A stretch of 64,000 nt of DNA from an uncultured Methanomicrobiales archaeon (GCA_963758915.1 CAVWXH010000010.1:96001-160000); one strand, 5' to 3'; shown: positions 31,976 to 42,751, counted from the stretch's first letter. The notes: generated from the letters alone by a model not told the origin. Made by a program: numbers and translations.

Positions 31976-32087
31976 GTATCTGTAGATATTGGATGTTAAG
32001 TTATAAAGCGTTCAACCTCGCGGTTCCATTGAAAAAGAATTGAATAGGTGCGAATGATTGTTTTCAAACAGACAGGAGATATCTTCG

Positions 32088-32621
32088 TCATTCACATCTC
32101 CTGATCAGGGTAAGCACCCGGCATGCATGCTCCCCGAGCGATGTGAAGAGATATGCCTCGTCGAGGGTTTTTCCGGCTGCAAATGTCCCGTGACCTGAAG
32201 CGATAGTAAGTTTAGAAAGGCAGAGCGAGTCTGAAACATTCATTGCAAGTTCATCAGACCCCGGAGTGCCATGCACAACAGGGATGACCGGGCAGAGCAT
32301 CTCTCCTTCACTGTCCCTTGGGATTATCTCCCCGGTAATAATTGAAAGAGCGACCGCATGGGCCGGATGTGCATGGACAATTGCGTTATGGCGGGTTTTC
32401 TGGTATACTTCGCGGTGGACCCGGTACTCGCTTGATGCCTCCTTCGGGACCGGCCCGTTAAGGGGGACAAATACGGGCTCCCCCGGGTCGTCCAGGTAGG
32501 AGCCGGTGCAGGTGATAAAAAACCCGTCACCGGAACGGGCACTCATGTTGCCAAAATTCCCGCCAACGAGCCCCTCTGAAAATAATCTCCTGCCTATTCG
32601 TTTGAATTCATCAGTATACAT
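32088..32621 (-). CDS. Class II aldolase (fuculose-phosphate aldolase-like)
   Basis: GNMS, ASSEYRVH, IVHAHP, GHG. Confidence 0.9.
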   Translation of the reverse strand: MYTDEFKRIGRRLFSEGLVGGNFGNMSARSGDGFFITCTGSYLDDPGEPVFVPLNGPVPKEASSEYRVHREVYQKTRHNAIVHAHPAHAVALSIITGEIIPRDSEGEMLCPVIPVVHGTPGSDELAMNVSDSLCLSKLTIASGHGTFAAGKTLDEAYLFTSLGEHACRVLTLIRRCE

Positions 32622-33229
32622 GTCTCACACCTCTTTCTCCCACAATATTCCTTTGCATATTCAACGATATGTGCATGGGTCTGCCGGTATACCTCCGGGT
32701 CAGCTGGCAGGACCTCTTCAAAGAGTGCTTTCAGACGGGACTTCTGTTCCGGGATCCCGGCACACCCGCAAATACGGTGTGTATAGGCATCAATAACGAA
32801 ACTCGCCCTGTGAAAACCGTAGCATAAGATACTGTCTGCGGTCTCTTCACCGATCCCGGATACCCGGAGGAGTCCCTCCCTCAGCAACGCTGTCGGGGAC
32901 TCTGCCATCACCCCGGGCCCGCCGTACTCTCTCATGACGAATGTCGCGAGGGCTTTCAGGCGTCTTGTCTTGACCCTGTAAAACCCGGTACAGCGTATTG
33001 CACGTTCGATCTCTGCAGGGCCCGCTTCATAGAGGGCGGCGACAGAGCAGAGTGACCCCTCCTTCAGCAGGGCCAATGCACGGACGACATTTTCCCAGCG
33101 GGTCTGCTGGGTGAGGACTGCCCCGATCAACACTTCGTCTGTGTCACCCGGCCACCATGGGATGTGCCCATAATGACCGTTCAGGACACGCACGATACGG
33201 GCACATTCAGACGAACTTGATCCCGACAT
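32594..33229 (-). CDS. Endonuclease III-related HhH-GPD protein
   Basis: GAVLTQQTRWENV, GIGEETADSILCY, C-terminal Cys cluster. Confidence 0.9.
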   Translation of the reverse strand: MSGSSSSECARIVRVLNGHYGHIPWWPGDTDEVLIGAVLTQQTRWENVVRALALLKEGSLCSVAALYEAGPAEIERAIRCTGFYRVKTRRLKALATFVMREYGGPGVMAESPTALLREGLLRVSGIGEETADSILCYGFHRASFVIDAYTHRICGCAGIPEQKSRLKALFEEVLPADPEVYRQTHAHIVEYAKEYCGRKRCETCILMNSNE

Positions 33230-33863
33230 CGCGCATCTTGTTATACCGGGCGATATTGAGGAGGAGCGGGGTAAGACTTTCGATCATTTCCGAGACGGCA
33301 AGCGGTCCCGCATCATAGGCCTTCAGCATCGAGGTCCCGTTCACTATACCCATGACAACAGATTTCGCGTCCGTATCATCGCTGCATACCGGAACGGCAA
33401 CATCGATTTCAGCATCGAGGTCTTTCCAGCGGTTTGCTGCAATCGTGTTGAATGCGGTCACGACCCGTGCACCAGGGAGGAGTTTTTTCACAAGGAGGGC
33501 TGCCGAGCCTTCAGGAGGTGGAACGGGGGTAAAAAAATCCTTCTTTTCCATCGGGTTTACCGGTGAGACCACAATTTTCCCTTCGAACCCTGAAAGGCCC
33601 GAGAGGGTACTTTCAAGGTGCAGGAATGGGACTGCGAGGATAATCACGCCTGCGGCATTAACGGCTTCCTGGTTTGAGACACCTGTACAGCTGCTTTTCA
33701 GCCCGCGTTGTTTCAGGAGATCGATTGTACATTCACTCGTAGTATGGGCCTTTTCGGCCTCGCGAGACCCGAGGACCACATCATAGCGTGAAGAGAGCCG
33801 CCTGGCCATACCCTCCCCGATATCCCCGGTACCGCCAACAATTCCAATCTTCACAAAACCCAC
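33207..33863 (-). CDS. npdG: NADPH-dependent F420 reductase
   Basis: IGIVGGTGDIG, GSR, ESLTPLL. Confidence 0.92.
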   Translation of the reverse strand: MGFVKIGIVGGTGDIGEGMARRLSSRYDVVLGSREAEKAHTTSECTIDLLKQRGLKSSCTGVSNQEAVNAAGVIILAVPFLHLESTLSGLSGFEGKIVVSPVNPMEKKDFFTPVPPPEGSAALLVKKLLPGARVVTAFNTIAANRWKDLDAEIDVAVPVCSDDTDAKSVVMGIVNGTSMLKAYDAGPLAVSEMIESLTPLLLNIARYNKMRDVGIKFV

Positions 33864-33876
33864 CTGTCCAGATCCA

Positions 33877-34146
33877 TCAGAGAAGAGGTTTTAAGTAACC
33901 CTCAAGGGTCTCCGCACCGGTCACGCCTTCAAGCTGATGGATGACCTTTCCATCCTTTTCGATAATCAGTGTTGGCACGACCTGGATGCCGTATTTCTGG
34001 GCGAGGTCCATGTTCTGGTCGACATCAATCTTTTTTAGTTCGAACGAGTCGCCCATTTTCTTTTTGAGGTCATCAAGGATTGGTCCCTGTCGTTTGCACG
34101 GTCCGCACCATTCTGCATGAAAGTCCATCAAAACTGGTTTCGTCAT
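33877..34146 (-). CDS. Thioredoxin
   Basis: WCGPC, VPTL. Confidence 0.95.
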   Translation of the reverse strand: MTKPVLMDFHAEWCGPCKRQGPILDDLKKKMGDSFELKKIDVDQNMDLAQKYGIQVVPTLIIEKDGKVIHQLEGVTGAETLEGYLKPLL

Positions 34147-34436
34147 ATTACAATTACCTTCCTCAGTTGTTGCAGGAAAAAGCAGATAAAGATTGTTATG
34201 AGACAGCTCAGCTGATAGTTGAATTATCTTTATACTGTGAATCTACGCAAAAACCGTTCAATATACAGATATTTTACCTGTTATCATATTCATACTAACC
34301 CATACCGGATCGCCTGCCTATGGCCTGATGTGGTGGTCTGATCTGGCTTGCAATGCTGAAAAAGAGAATGGGACTATTCCGAAGCAATCGATGAGCATGT
34401 TAGGTTTTATCTTCTCTTCCAATAGAATCCTAAATC

Positions 34437-34892
34437 ATGAAGATCACATTGGCTATTCTTATCGTCATCATTCTTGCAGTGCTTGCATGCGGATGCACAA
34501 CCCAGGCCCCTACTATAACTCAGGTGACAGCATCACCAACCGTGTCAACGAATGTGAACATCCCCAATATGACGGGTGTATGGCAGGGAACCGGCGATGG
34601 CTATACAACGAATGACGGGTTCGCTCATTATTCTACAACAACGTTCAACATCACTGCACAAAAAGGGCAGATATTTATTGGGAAGAAGGAGTATCCAAGA
34701 ATAGATGGAAAAACATATTACGAGAACTTCTCTGGAGTAATCACAACGAACGGGGAGTTCTATGAAGCCGATAGCATCGGTGGCTTTTCATTTGGAAAGT
34801 TGATAACTCCCAACTCCCTGGAACTAAATTATCTCGAGGAAGGTAACGATACAAAAGCCCTTGTCATTCACCTCACTCGGCAAACCAATTGA
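34437..34892 (+). CDS. Putative lipoprotein
   Basis: Signal peptide ending LACGC; PNMTGVWQG. Confidence 0.7.
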   Translation: MKITLAILIVIILAVLACGCTTQAPTITQVTASPTVSTNVNIPNMTGVWQGTGDGYTTNDGFAHYSTTTFNITAQKGQIFIGKKEYPRIDGKTYYENFSGVITTNGEFYEADSIGGFSFGKLITPNSLELNYLEEGNDTKALVIHLTRQTN

Positions 34893-35073
34893 TTTCTCTT
34901 TTTTTAATAAGATGTATTTTAAATAAAACAGATAATTAGGTTGAAACCCACATAATAACCCTTAATTCCCAATAACCACAATCACAGGACTATGGCGCCA
35001 AAAACAGAGAAGGGCAAACTTAGAAAGATTGTTATCCGGGTATTCACCTAAAAAAGTTCAAAAAATTATTGGA

Positions 35074-36525
35074 TTATTTTGAAAGGATAACCATAATGAT
35101 CCGCCCATATGCCGGACGGGTGATGGTCACCCCGATAAGCACACCGAGGATCGTGATAATGGCGAATCCCCTGAGTGATGAAAGGTCCATCAGGGCAAGT
35201 GGCAGCATTGCGATGACCACGGTAGCGGCCGATGCGACGATGATACCAAGGGCCCTTGTAAGCCTTTTCTGGTAGATATTCGGTGAAGGGACTTTTCCCT
35301 CGTGGAGGATCTCATCCGTGATAATAATGAGCTGGTCAATCCCTGTCCCGAGGACCGCGATAAGACCGGCGATTGTTGCCAGGTCCAGCTGGATTGTGAA
35401 TACACAAATCCCGAGCAGGATGATGATCTCGGACGCGTTGATACAGACCATCGGGAGGACAATTGCCGGTTCCCTGTACCGGTAATAAACGACCAGCCCG
35501 ACCGTAATGAGTGCCAGGACCCCGGCAAGAAGACACATCAGTTTGAAATGATCACCGAGTGTTGCGGAAACCGAACCTGAACCGGCTACGGTTACATCAA
35601 CCGGGAGCGCCCCGTTACGAAGGTGTATCTCGAGGTTCTGTGCGGCCTGCTGTCCTGTTGCACCTGCACCTGTCGATGCGAGCAACTGCCTGACAACTTC
35701 ATGCTGGAGGTTTGCTGCAAGTTCTCTGGATAATGGTGCCGAATAGATGACCTTTCCATCAAGGAGCATCTGGAGCTCGTGGTTTTCAGGGTCTGATACC
35801 GCACCGTACTGAATTGCTGCAGCCTGCAACGCCTTTGCGCCGTCTTCACTCATCGTGAAGGAAACGCCCCATTTTCCGCTTCCCGGGGGCTCCTGGGTTG
35901 GATTCCCGACACCGGTGATCGAGTCCCCGAAGACCACGTGTTCGGACTGGTTTCCTGTGGTGACGACCCTGATCTCAAATTTACCCTGCTTGCCGACGAC
36001 CTGCTGGGCCTCGCTCATGGTGACCCCTGCAAGCTCGACACGGATATACCGGGTGACCCCGTCAAGACCGGTCAGTGTATTAATCCGGGCATCGCGGGTA
36101 CCGAGGCTGTTGATCTTGCTTTCAAGGATCCGTTTCACATCATCAGCGGTCGCCTTCGAGACTCCCTGCTGGTATGACGTGATCTTTCCACCCGCTTTTT
36201 CAAATATCGGCGTCAGTTCCGCCTGCGAGTAGAGTTTCCGGATCTCCAGTTTATCACCGACCAGGAATATTTCGGCATCAGTCTGGTTCTTTAACGATGC
36301 GATGAACTCGTCAACGGGTTTGTCTGTCTGGAACCCTACGACCTCTGATTTAAATTCAAGTTGTAACCACGCGCCTTTCTGAAGGTCAAGCCCGTACTGG
36401 AGGTTCGTGGTGAACTCTCCGTCTTCAAAATGCGGGTATATTGCGATGAGGGACGCTACAACGAGGATAATAAGGAGTGCAACTCTCCAGTCTTTTAAGA
36501 GAGTGATTATCTCATCCTTGTTCAT
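35074..36525 (-). CDS. secD: Protein-export membrane protein SecD
   Basis: LQYGLDLQKG, GALPV, AVLGTGIDQLIIITDE. Confidence 0.95.
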   Translation of the reverse strand: MNKDEIITLLKDWRVALLIILVVASLIAIYPHFEDGEFTTNLQYGLDLQKGAWLQLEFKSEVVGFQTDKPVDEFIASLKNQTDAEIFLVGDKLEIRKLYSQAELTPIFEKAGGKITSYQQGVSKATADDVKRILESKINSLGTRDARINTLTGLDGVTRYIRVELAGVTMSEAQQVVGKQGKFEIRVVTTGNQSEHVVFGDSITGVGNPTQEPPGSGKWGVSFTMSEDGAKALQAAAIQYGAVSDPENHELQMLLDGKVIYSAPLSRELAANLQHEVVRQLLASTGAGATGQQAAQNLEIHLRNGALPVDVTVAGSGSVSATLGDHFKLMCLLAGVLALITVGLVVYYRYREPAIVLPMVCINASEIIILLGICVFTIQLDLATIAGLIAVLGTGIDQLIIITDEILHEGKVPSPNIYQKRLTRALGIIVASAATVVIAMLPLALMDLSSLRGFAIITILGVLIGVTITRPAYGRIIMVILSK

Positions 36526-37427
36526 TTGCCACCCCTCTTTTTCGTGTCCTGCCGGGGGGTCGTGGTGCCCGTTAACCCGGGGCCACCCTTTTTAGTGACG
36601 TACCACTTGATGATCCCGGCGTTGGTGAGCCATGTGTTCAGGATATCAAACGCAAGTCCGATCAGGAGCACGCTCGCGATCAGGTTAATGACCAGGACCT
36701 GCCCGTACCACGACACTACCCACATCGCTGCGACAGCCGCGATTGCGGTAGTTGTCATGATAATACCGGTGTGGAATGCGCCGGCAAGTTTCTCTTCGAG
36801 TTTCCCCTGCCGTTTGAGGACCCGCATGGTGAGCAGGATATCACTGTCCACCGAATACCCGATAAGCATCAGGAGCGCTGCCGTGGTTGGCAGGGTGAGT
36901 GGAATTCCAAGCACATTCATCGCTCCTGCAGTCATTACGATATCCGCAAATGCAGAGAGGACAACCGCGACTGATGGCACAAATATCCGGAACGTGATGA
37001 AGACCACGATGGCCATGCCAATAAATGAAAAGATCAGTGCCAGTACTGCCTGACTTTGCAGCGTTTTACCAAATGCCTCGCCGATCTGGTCGACCTTGGC
37101 GTCAGGGTATTTCGCCATTATCAGTTCTGATAGTGAGCGGAACTGCGCATCCGGCATATTGGAAAACGTCAGGTATTTTCCATCATTAATCCCCTCCTCA
37201 ATCCCTTCAAGCGGATATCCTGCAAAATATGCGGATATCTGCTCGGAAGAATCAGTGGTGAATACCGTGACCGCGGTCCCCCCCGAGAAATCAATTCCCG
37301 GCTTCACTGGTAACCCAGTCTGGGCCATCGTGATTCCGATGGAAATGAGTGCCAATATGAGGAGGATCAACGGGATGATCACCATCTGTTTCGGGGTATA
37401 ACGATTTACATCGTAGGTGAATCCCAT
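36522..37427 (-). CDS. secF: Protein-export membrane protein SecF
   Basis: GIDFSGG, LMLIGYSVDSDILLT, NTWLTNAG. Confidence 0.95.
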   Translation of the reverse strand: MGFTYDVNRYTPKQMVIIPLILLILALISIGITMAQTGLPVKPGIDFSGGTAVTVFTTDSSEQISAYFAGYPLEGIEEGINDGKYLTFSNMPDAQFRSLSELIMAKYPDAKVDQIGEAFGKTLQSQAVLALIFSFIGMAIVVFITFRIFVPSVAVVLSAFADIVMTAGAMNVLGIPLTLPTTAALLMLIGYSVDSDILLTMRVLKRQGKLEEKLAGAFHTGIIMTTTAIAAVAAMWVVSWYGQVLVINLIASVLLIGLAFDILNTWLTNAGIIKWYVTKKGGPGLTGTTTPRQDTKKRGGK

Positions 37428-37604
37428 GTCATAATAGTTGCACCCTGGTGAATAAATAGTTCCTGTCGCCCAGGCCATGCAATCCTCTAAAAATCTTCAA
37501 TCCAACCATTTTTTCCAGATATAGCACCAAATATTAGTTTATCGCGCAATACCCCCCGGAAAAAATGAAAAGACATATATTACCCGGGGCGATAGTGATC
37601 ACGT

Positions 37605-37919
37605 ATGAGGGCCACGGCTGAGATCAAAAAGGTCATAGAATCCCGCCTCAAAAACTATGTTTCAAGAGACAAGACCGGAATACGGCGTGAAATGCTGAAA
37701 CTGTTCCTTAAAATCAGATCTATTACAATCCCCCGGATGTTCGAATATCTTAACCGGAAATTTTCTATCAGCTACCATTCTGTAGCCGCGATGGTAGGGA
37801 TTGTCGCGTCCCGGCTGGGGATTCTCCATGTTAACCGGACGAAAGAAGGGACTACAAGCGTATATGTACTAAAGGAACAATATTTCGACCTTGTTACACG
37901 GATCATCGGGCCGGTATAA
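37605..37919 (+). CDS. DUF2551 family protein
   Basis: RLKNYVSRDKTGIR...AAMVG...SRLGIL. Confidence 0.8.
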   Translation: MRATAEIKKVIESRLKNYVSRDKTGIRREMLKLFLKIRSITIPRMFEYLNRKFSISYHSVAAMVGIVASRLGILHVNRTKEGTTSVYVLKEQYFDLVTRIIGPV

Positions 37920-37992
37920 GAACAACTGTGAAGGGTGCCCGATACCACCATTCTTTTTACCCTGGGTGTCCTATCTTAGGAGACAGGTTTTT

Positions 37993-38283
37993 ATGCACTC
38001 CAATTTTTATAATGCGCCGTCACATGACCAGATACAGGTATCAGAAGAAGTGCTTGCATATATCAATAAGCGCAAATGTGATTTCCGCATCTGCACATCC
38101 TGCGGGGGCCCGATACTCCTGCCAATTTCAATGAAATCACCAAAACCAAACGATTTTCAGGTCAGGGCCGGGGATTACACGATTTTTATCTCAGTCCATC
38201 AGGTACGCTACCTCCATTCGATAGATATGGGCATGGTACCTTTTTTCTATGAACAGGACGAGGGGTCCGGCAGCTGCCTATGA
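37993..38283 (+). CDS. Hypothetical protein
   Basis: DFRICTSCGGPILLP; overlaps the archease start. Confidence 0.6.
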   Translation: MHSNFYNAPSHDQIQVSEEVLAYINKRKCDFRICTSCGGPILLPISMKSPKPNDFQVRAGDYTIFISVHQVRYLHSIDMGMVPFFYEQDEGSGSCL

Positions 38284-38687
38284 GTTATGAAGAACTCGAC
38301 CACACCGCCGACATCCGGTTGAGGGTGAGATCTCCCTCCCCTGACTTGCTATTCGCGGAAACTGCGTTAGCGATGATGAAAATTGTGTACGGGGAATCGC
38401 GCCCCGGGGAGGTCAGGAGGACCATCGAGCTCAGTGCAGGGAATACTGAAAATCTTTTATTGGACTTTCTTTCAGAGGTCCTTTTCTTATCAGAGGTTGA
38501 ATATATCGTATTTTCGTCAGCAACAGTCCATATCACGGGGAACTCCCTCAGGGCACTGGTAACCGGAGAACCGTTCGACCCGGAACGACACCGGGGTGGG
38601 ACCGAGATCAAGGGAATATCGTACTCGGGGCTCAGAATTGTTAAAGAGGATGAGGGGTATGTATTGGACATACTCTTTGATGTGTGA
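38280..38687 (+). CDS. Archease
   Basis: YEELDHTAD, EIKGISY, FDV; adjacent to rtcB. Confidence 0.95.
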   Translation: MSYEELDHTADIRLRVRSPSPDLLFAETALAMMKIVYGESRPGEVRRTIELSAGNTENLLLDFLSEVLFLSEVEYIVFSSATVHITGNSLRALVTGEPFDPERHRGGTEIKGISYSGLRIVKEDEGYVLDILFDV

Positions 38688-40133
38688 ATGGTTGATACGA
38701 TGCTTGAGCGTGTAACACGGCTGAGTGAGTACGAATGGGAGGTTCCTGCAGGGACGGTCCCCGGAATGAGGGTTCCCGGTCGGTTTTTCCTTTCCGATTC
38801 ATTATATAAAAGCCTTGAAGCAGGGGCAGTGCAGCAGCTGGCAAATGTTGCAACATTACCCGGGATTATCAGGTACTCTATGGGAATGCCTGATATTCAC
38901 TGGGGCTACGGGTTTCCGATTGGCGGTGTGGCTGCATTCGAACGTGACACCGGGGTGATATCCCCGGGCGGAGTCGGATTTGACATTAATTGCGGGGTGA
39001 GGCTTCTCTCTACACCCCTTACCACCGGTGACCTTGACCACCGGCGGGAGCTTATCGAGACCCTGTACAATGCAGTGCCAACCGGCGTTGGAGCAAAGGG
39101 GCCCTTAAAGTTATCCACTGGCGACCTCGAGGATATGATGGCAAAGGGAGCTGCATGGCCGGTTAACCAGGGATACGGACTCCAGGCAGACCTTGAACAT
39201 TGCGAGGAACGGGGTTGCATGGCCCGGGCCGACTGCCAGGCGGTCTCTGCAAAAGCGAAGCAGCGGGGGATGCCGCAGAGCGGGACACTTGGCGCGGGCA
39301 ACCATTTTCTCGAGATCCAGGTGGTCAGGGAGATTTACGACCCTGATGCGGCAAAGGCGTATGGTATCCACCAGGGCCAGATCTGTGTAATGATCCACTG
39401 TGGCTCACGCGGGCTCGGGCACCAGACCTGCACCGACCACTTAAAAGTGCTCGAAGGTGCAACAAAGCGTTACAAGATCGTGCTCCCCGATCGCCAGCTT
39501 GCCTGTGCCCCGTTGTCTTCTCCCGAAGGAACGGCATACTTTGGGGCGATGGCTGCCTCTGCAAACTATGCATGGGCTAACCGGCAGATGATCATGCATA
39601 CCACCCGTACCGTATTTGAGAAGATGTACGGTATCGACTACGAGTCGATGCATCTCGTCTACGATGTTGCACACAATGTTGCAAAAATGGAGGAACATTC
39701 CTACGAAGGAAAAAGGATTGCGGTCTGTGTCCATCGGAAAGGGGCTACCCGGGCATTTGGTCCCGGAAGCCCGGACCTGCCTTCAGGGTATGCGAAGACC
39801 GGACAGCCTGTTATCATCCCCGGGAGCATGGGGGCCTCTTCCTACCTGCTCCGTGGTACCACAACTGCCATGGAACGCACATTCGGGTCGACCTGTCACG
39901 GGGCAGGGCGAATCCTCTCCAGATCGGCTGCAAAAAAGACAATTAACGGCGCGAAGGTGAAAACCTCCCTGTCAAGAGAAGGGATCATTGTCAGGGCGCC
40001 AAACGACTCGGCAATTGCTGAAGAGGCACCCGGGGCGTACAAACCAAGTGCCGAGGTAGTCCGGATTGTTGACGCCCTTGGGATCTCAAACCTCGTGGCC
40101 AGGCTTGAACCGCTGGGAGTGATCAAGGGTTGA
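38688..40133 (+). CDS. rtcB: tRNA-splicing ligase RtcB
   Basis: PDIHWGYGFPIG, DINCG, GNHF, HCGSRG, HRKGAT, HGAGR. Confidence 0.97.
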   Translation: MVDTMLERVTRLSEYEWEVPAGTVPGMRVPGRFFLSDSLYKSLEAGAVQQLANVATLPGIIRYSMGMPDIHWGYGFPIGGVAAFERDTGVISPGGVGFDINCGVRLLSTPLTTGDLDHRRELIETLYNAVPTGVGAKGPLKLSTGDLEDMMAKGAAWPVNQGYGLQADLEHCEERGCMARADCQAVSAKAKQRGMPQSGTLGAGNHFLEIQVVREIYDPDAAKAYGIHQGQICVMIHCGSRGLGHQTCTDHLKVLEGATKRYKIVLPDRQLACAPLSSPEGTAYFGAMAASANYAWANRQMIMHTTRTVFEKMYGIDYESMHLVYDVAHNVAKMEEHSYEGKRIAVCVHRKGATRAFGPGSPDLPSGYAKTGQPVIIPGSMGASSYLLRGTTTAMERTFGSTCHGAGRILSRSAAKKTINGAKVKTSLSREGIIVRAPNDSAIAEEAPGAYKPSAEVVRIVDALGISNLVARLEPLGVIKG

Positions 40134-40705
40134 AACCCCGTGTCGGGCTGGTATGGGACCAGCCCCTTGTCTTTGGCCGTTTTCTCGAAGAGTGCGGTGT
40201 GACGTCAATACCTGTTACACCACACCTCCTTGCGGCGCCTTTTTTCAGGGGGCAGTACAGCGTTCTTATCATACCGACGGGGTTTGCCAACCCTGCCTAC
40301 TCACAGGTGCTCCCCGCACTCAAGGCATCTTCAGGAAGAATACGCCGTTTTGTAGAGAATGGTGGGATACTCGTCGTATATGGTGCGGCGGCCCCCCTCC
40401 CTGACCGGTACAGCTGGCTACCCTTCAGGGTGGACTACCACTACGATCCCGGAAACGGCCGGATCGAGGTAGTGCCGGGTCACCCTCTCTCCCCGATCAT
40501 CAGCGACTACGACCCCGATCATATCGAATACGATGGATATTTCTCCTCTTTTGAAGGTGATAATGTTGGAATAATCGATGGAAAAACGGTATTATTAGAA
40601 AAAACCCTTGGCAAAGGGGTTATCGTGGTGACGAGCATCCATGAGTACCCCTCGAGGTCATTTGTAACGTCTCTCTGCATGAAGGCAGGGGAAACCTTTT
40701 TTTAG
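40130..40705 (+). CDS. Hypothetical protein (glutamine-amidotransferase-like fold possible)
   Basis: LIIPTGF...FVENGG...HEYP. Confidence 0.6.
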   Translation: MKPRVGLVWDQPLVFGRFLEECGVTSIPVTPHLLAAPFFRGQYSVLIIPTGFANPAYSQVLPALKASSGRIRRFVENGGILVVYGAAAPLPDRYSWLPFRVDYHYDPGNGRIEVVPGHPLSPIISDYDPDHIEYDGYFSSFEGDNVGIIDGKTVLLEKTLGKGVIVVTSIHEYPSRSFVTSLCMKAGETFF

Positions 40706-40736
40706 ATAAAAACGAGGGAATTATGAGGTACGTCCG

Positions 40737-41159
40737 ATGAACCGCTATATCATTTCTTCGAGCTCTGCCCCGGGAGATATTGTACCGGTCGGACTTGCAA
40801 TTCACGAAATTCTCAATCACCTGCCGGTCACCGCAAGGTCCAGGGACAATCGGGGTATCAGGATTGAGGACGGCAGGGTAGTTGATTCCGATTATTCCGG
40901 GCCCGTCCTGGAAGAAGCACTGGCAACAAACAGGAAAATCCAGAGGACTCCCGAAAATGGACCATATCGTGGAGTCCCCGTTATCGTGGCCCCGGTCAGG
41001 GATGAAAGCGGTGCCGCAATTGCTGCGATTGGTGTGGTGGATATTACAGGAATTTTTGACCTCGCCACGCTGATGGAGCACCAGTCTGCCATCCTGAAGC
41101 AGGTCTGCGGAAAAGATCCCTGTCCCCTGCCGGGTGAGCAGATCGGGGCGAAAAGGTAA
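40737..41159 (+). CDS. DUF2111 family protein
   Basis: LPVTARS, YSGPVLEE, GPYRGVPVIVAP, AAIGVVD. Confidence 0.85.
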   Translation: MNRYIISSSSAPGDIVPVGLAIHEILNHLPVTARSRDNRGIRIEDGRVVDSDYSGPVLEEALATNRKIQRTPENGPYRGVPVIVAPVRDESGAAIAAIGVVDITGIFDLATLMEHQSAILKQVCGKDPCPLPGEQIGAKR

Positions 41160-41166
41160 GATAATC

Positions 41167-42144
41167 ATGGAAGCTGCTTTTCGTGTACTAGAGGTCCTGG
41201 AGAATGCAGACGGGCCGCTATCAGGGGAATACATAAGTAACGAGCTATCGATCTCCCGCTCTGCCGTATGGAAACATGTCAAGGAACTTCAGGCGATCGG
41301 GTACGATATCTCTGCCTCCCAGTCTGAAGGGTACCGCCTGACCAAGAAAAGCAACCGGCTCCTCCCCTACGAAGTCCATAAAAATCTCAGGACGACGGTA
41401 TTCGGGAAAAAAATGCGGTATTTCGAGAGTACGCCGTCCACGATAGCTGTTGCAAAGGAGATGTGCGGATCGGAAGACCCTGCGAAGCTTCACGGTATGG
41501 TGATCATCGCCGAGGAACAGACCGGGGGTGTCGGCCGGATGGGCCGTGTCTGGGTGTCCCCCACCGGCGGTATCTGGATCACTATCATTCTCAAGCCCCG
41601 GATCCCTGTTGACCACGTCTTTATGGTCACCATGGCTGGCGCCGTTGCGGTTGCGCGGGCCATACGAAAGGAATTTGACCTCGGTGCCCTGATCAAGTGG
41701 CCGAATGACATCTACATCGGGGATAAAAAGGTCGCGGGCCTGTTACTCGAACTATCAGCTGAGGCCGATAACATCCATTACTGTATCCTCGGTATCGGGG
41801 TCGATGCCAACATTTCGGCCCACGAACTCACGTCATCGGTGACCGGGAGTGTGACCTCGATCAGTGCAGAAGTGGGACACGACGTTGACCGTGCATCCCT
41901 TCTCGCCCGGCTCCTGAAGGAGTTTGAAAGCCGTTATAACCTTATCGAGAGCCAGGAATACGACACGGTCATCCGTGAATGGAAAAGCCTCTCCTGCACA
42001 ATCGACCAGCATGTCAGGATCAGCACGCTGAAAAATACATTTGAAGGTGTGGCGATCGATATCGATGAATTCGGGGCGCTCATCATCAGGAAAGATGATG
42101 GAAGGGTCGAGCGAGTGATCGCCGGCGATTGCGCACATACATAA
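41167..42144 (+). CDS. birA: Bifunctional biotin ligase/repressor BirA
   Basis: N-terminal HTH (SRSAVWKHV), QTGGVGRMGRVW, KWPND, KVAGLL. Confidence 0.95.
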   Translation: MEAAFRVLEVLENADGPLSGEYISNELSISRSAVWKHVKELQAIGYDISASQSEGYRLTKKSNRLLPYEVHKNLRTTVFGKKMRYFESTPSTIAVAKEMCGSEDPAKLHGMVIIAEEQTGGVGRMGRVWVSPTGGIWITIILKPRIPVDHVFMVTMAGAVAVARAIRKEFDLGALIKWPNDIYIGDKKVAGLLLELSAEADNIHYCILGIGVDANISAHELTSSVTGSVTSISAEVGHDVDRASLLARLLKEFESRYNLIESQEYDTVIREWKSLSCTIDQHVRISTLKNTFEGVAIDIDEFGALIIRKDDGRVERVIAGDCAHT

Positions 42145-42154
42145 CACTATTTTC

Positions 42155-42188
42155 TTCGTCAACCTAAAAATAAAAGAAGGTTGACGAA
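42155..42188. promoter_or_regulatory. BirA operator upstream of bioY
   Basis: Perfect 11-bp inverted repeat TTCGTCAACCT-N12-AGGTTGACGAA, i.e. GTCAAC-N16-GTTGAC, matching the known BirA box geometry. Confidence 0.8.
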
Positions 42189-42751
42189 TGCAGGGAGACC
42201 GCCAGCGAGCCCTGATTATAGCAGAAACGGCAGCATTTATAGGTCTTATCGCTATCGGGAGCTGGATTTCGATACCGTTCCTGCCTGTGCCTCTCACACT
42301 CCAGACGATGTTTGTCCTCCTGGCCGCAATGGTCATGAAGCGGTACGCGGTGATCCCGGCAACACTGTTCATCCTTTTTGGCGCCCTGAACCTCCCTGTG
42401 TTCCATAACGGGACCTCAGGGATAGGGGTGCTTCTCGGGCCAACCGGCGGGTACCTGATTGGGTTTATTCCTGCGGCATTCTTTGCAGGACTGGCCTATG
42501 AGAAACAATCCCTCGCATGGAATATTGCCGGGATATGCGTAGCAGAGGCGTTTATCTATGCTATCGGGGCTGGCTGGCTCGCGTTCTCGACAGGGATGTC
42601 CCTGCTCCAGGCGACTATTATCGGTGTACTACCCTTTTTACCCGGAGATGCGGTCAAGGCTTACGCCGCACATGCAATCGCAAAGCGGATCCCCTCACGC
42701 GATATGATACAGCCCGGGGATGAAAAAACCGGGGGCGAAAATACGCCATGA
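42188..42751 (+). CDS. bioY: Biotin transporter S component BioY
   Basis: PVPLTLQT, LPVF, GPTGGYLIGF, PFLPGD. Confidence 0.95.
   Translation: MQGDRQRALIIAETAAFIGLIAIGSWISIPFLPVPLTLQTMFVLLAAMVMKRYAVIPATLFILFGALNLPVFHNGTSGIGVLLGPTGGYLIGFIPAAFFAGLAYEKQSLAWNIAGICVAEAFIYAIGAGWLAFSTGMSLLQATIIGVLPFLPGDAVKAYAAHAIAKRIPSRDMIQPGDEKTGGENTP

Noticed and set aside
38280-40133. Archease-RtcB as a novel RNA-repair or defence system
   Set aside because: This is the standard archaeal tRNA-splicing ligase pair in a core-gene context
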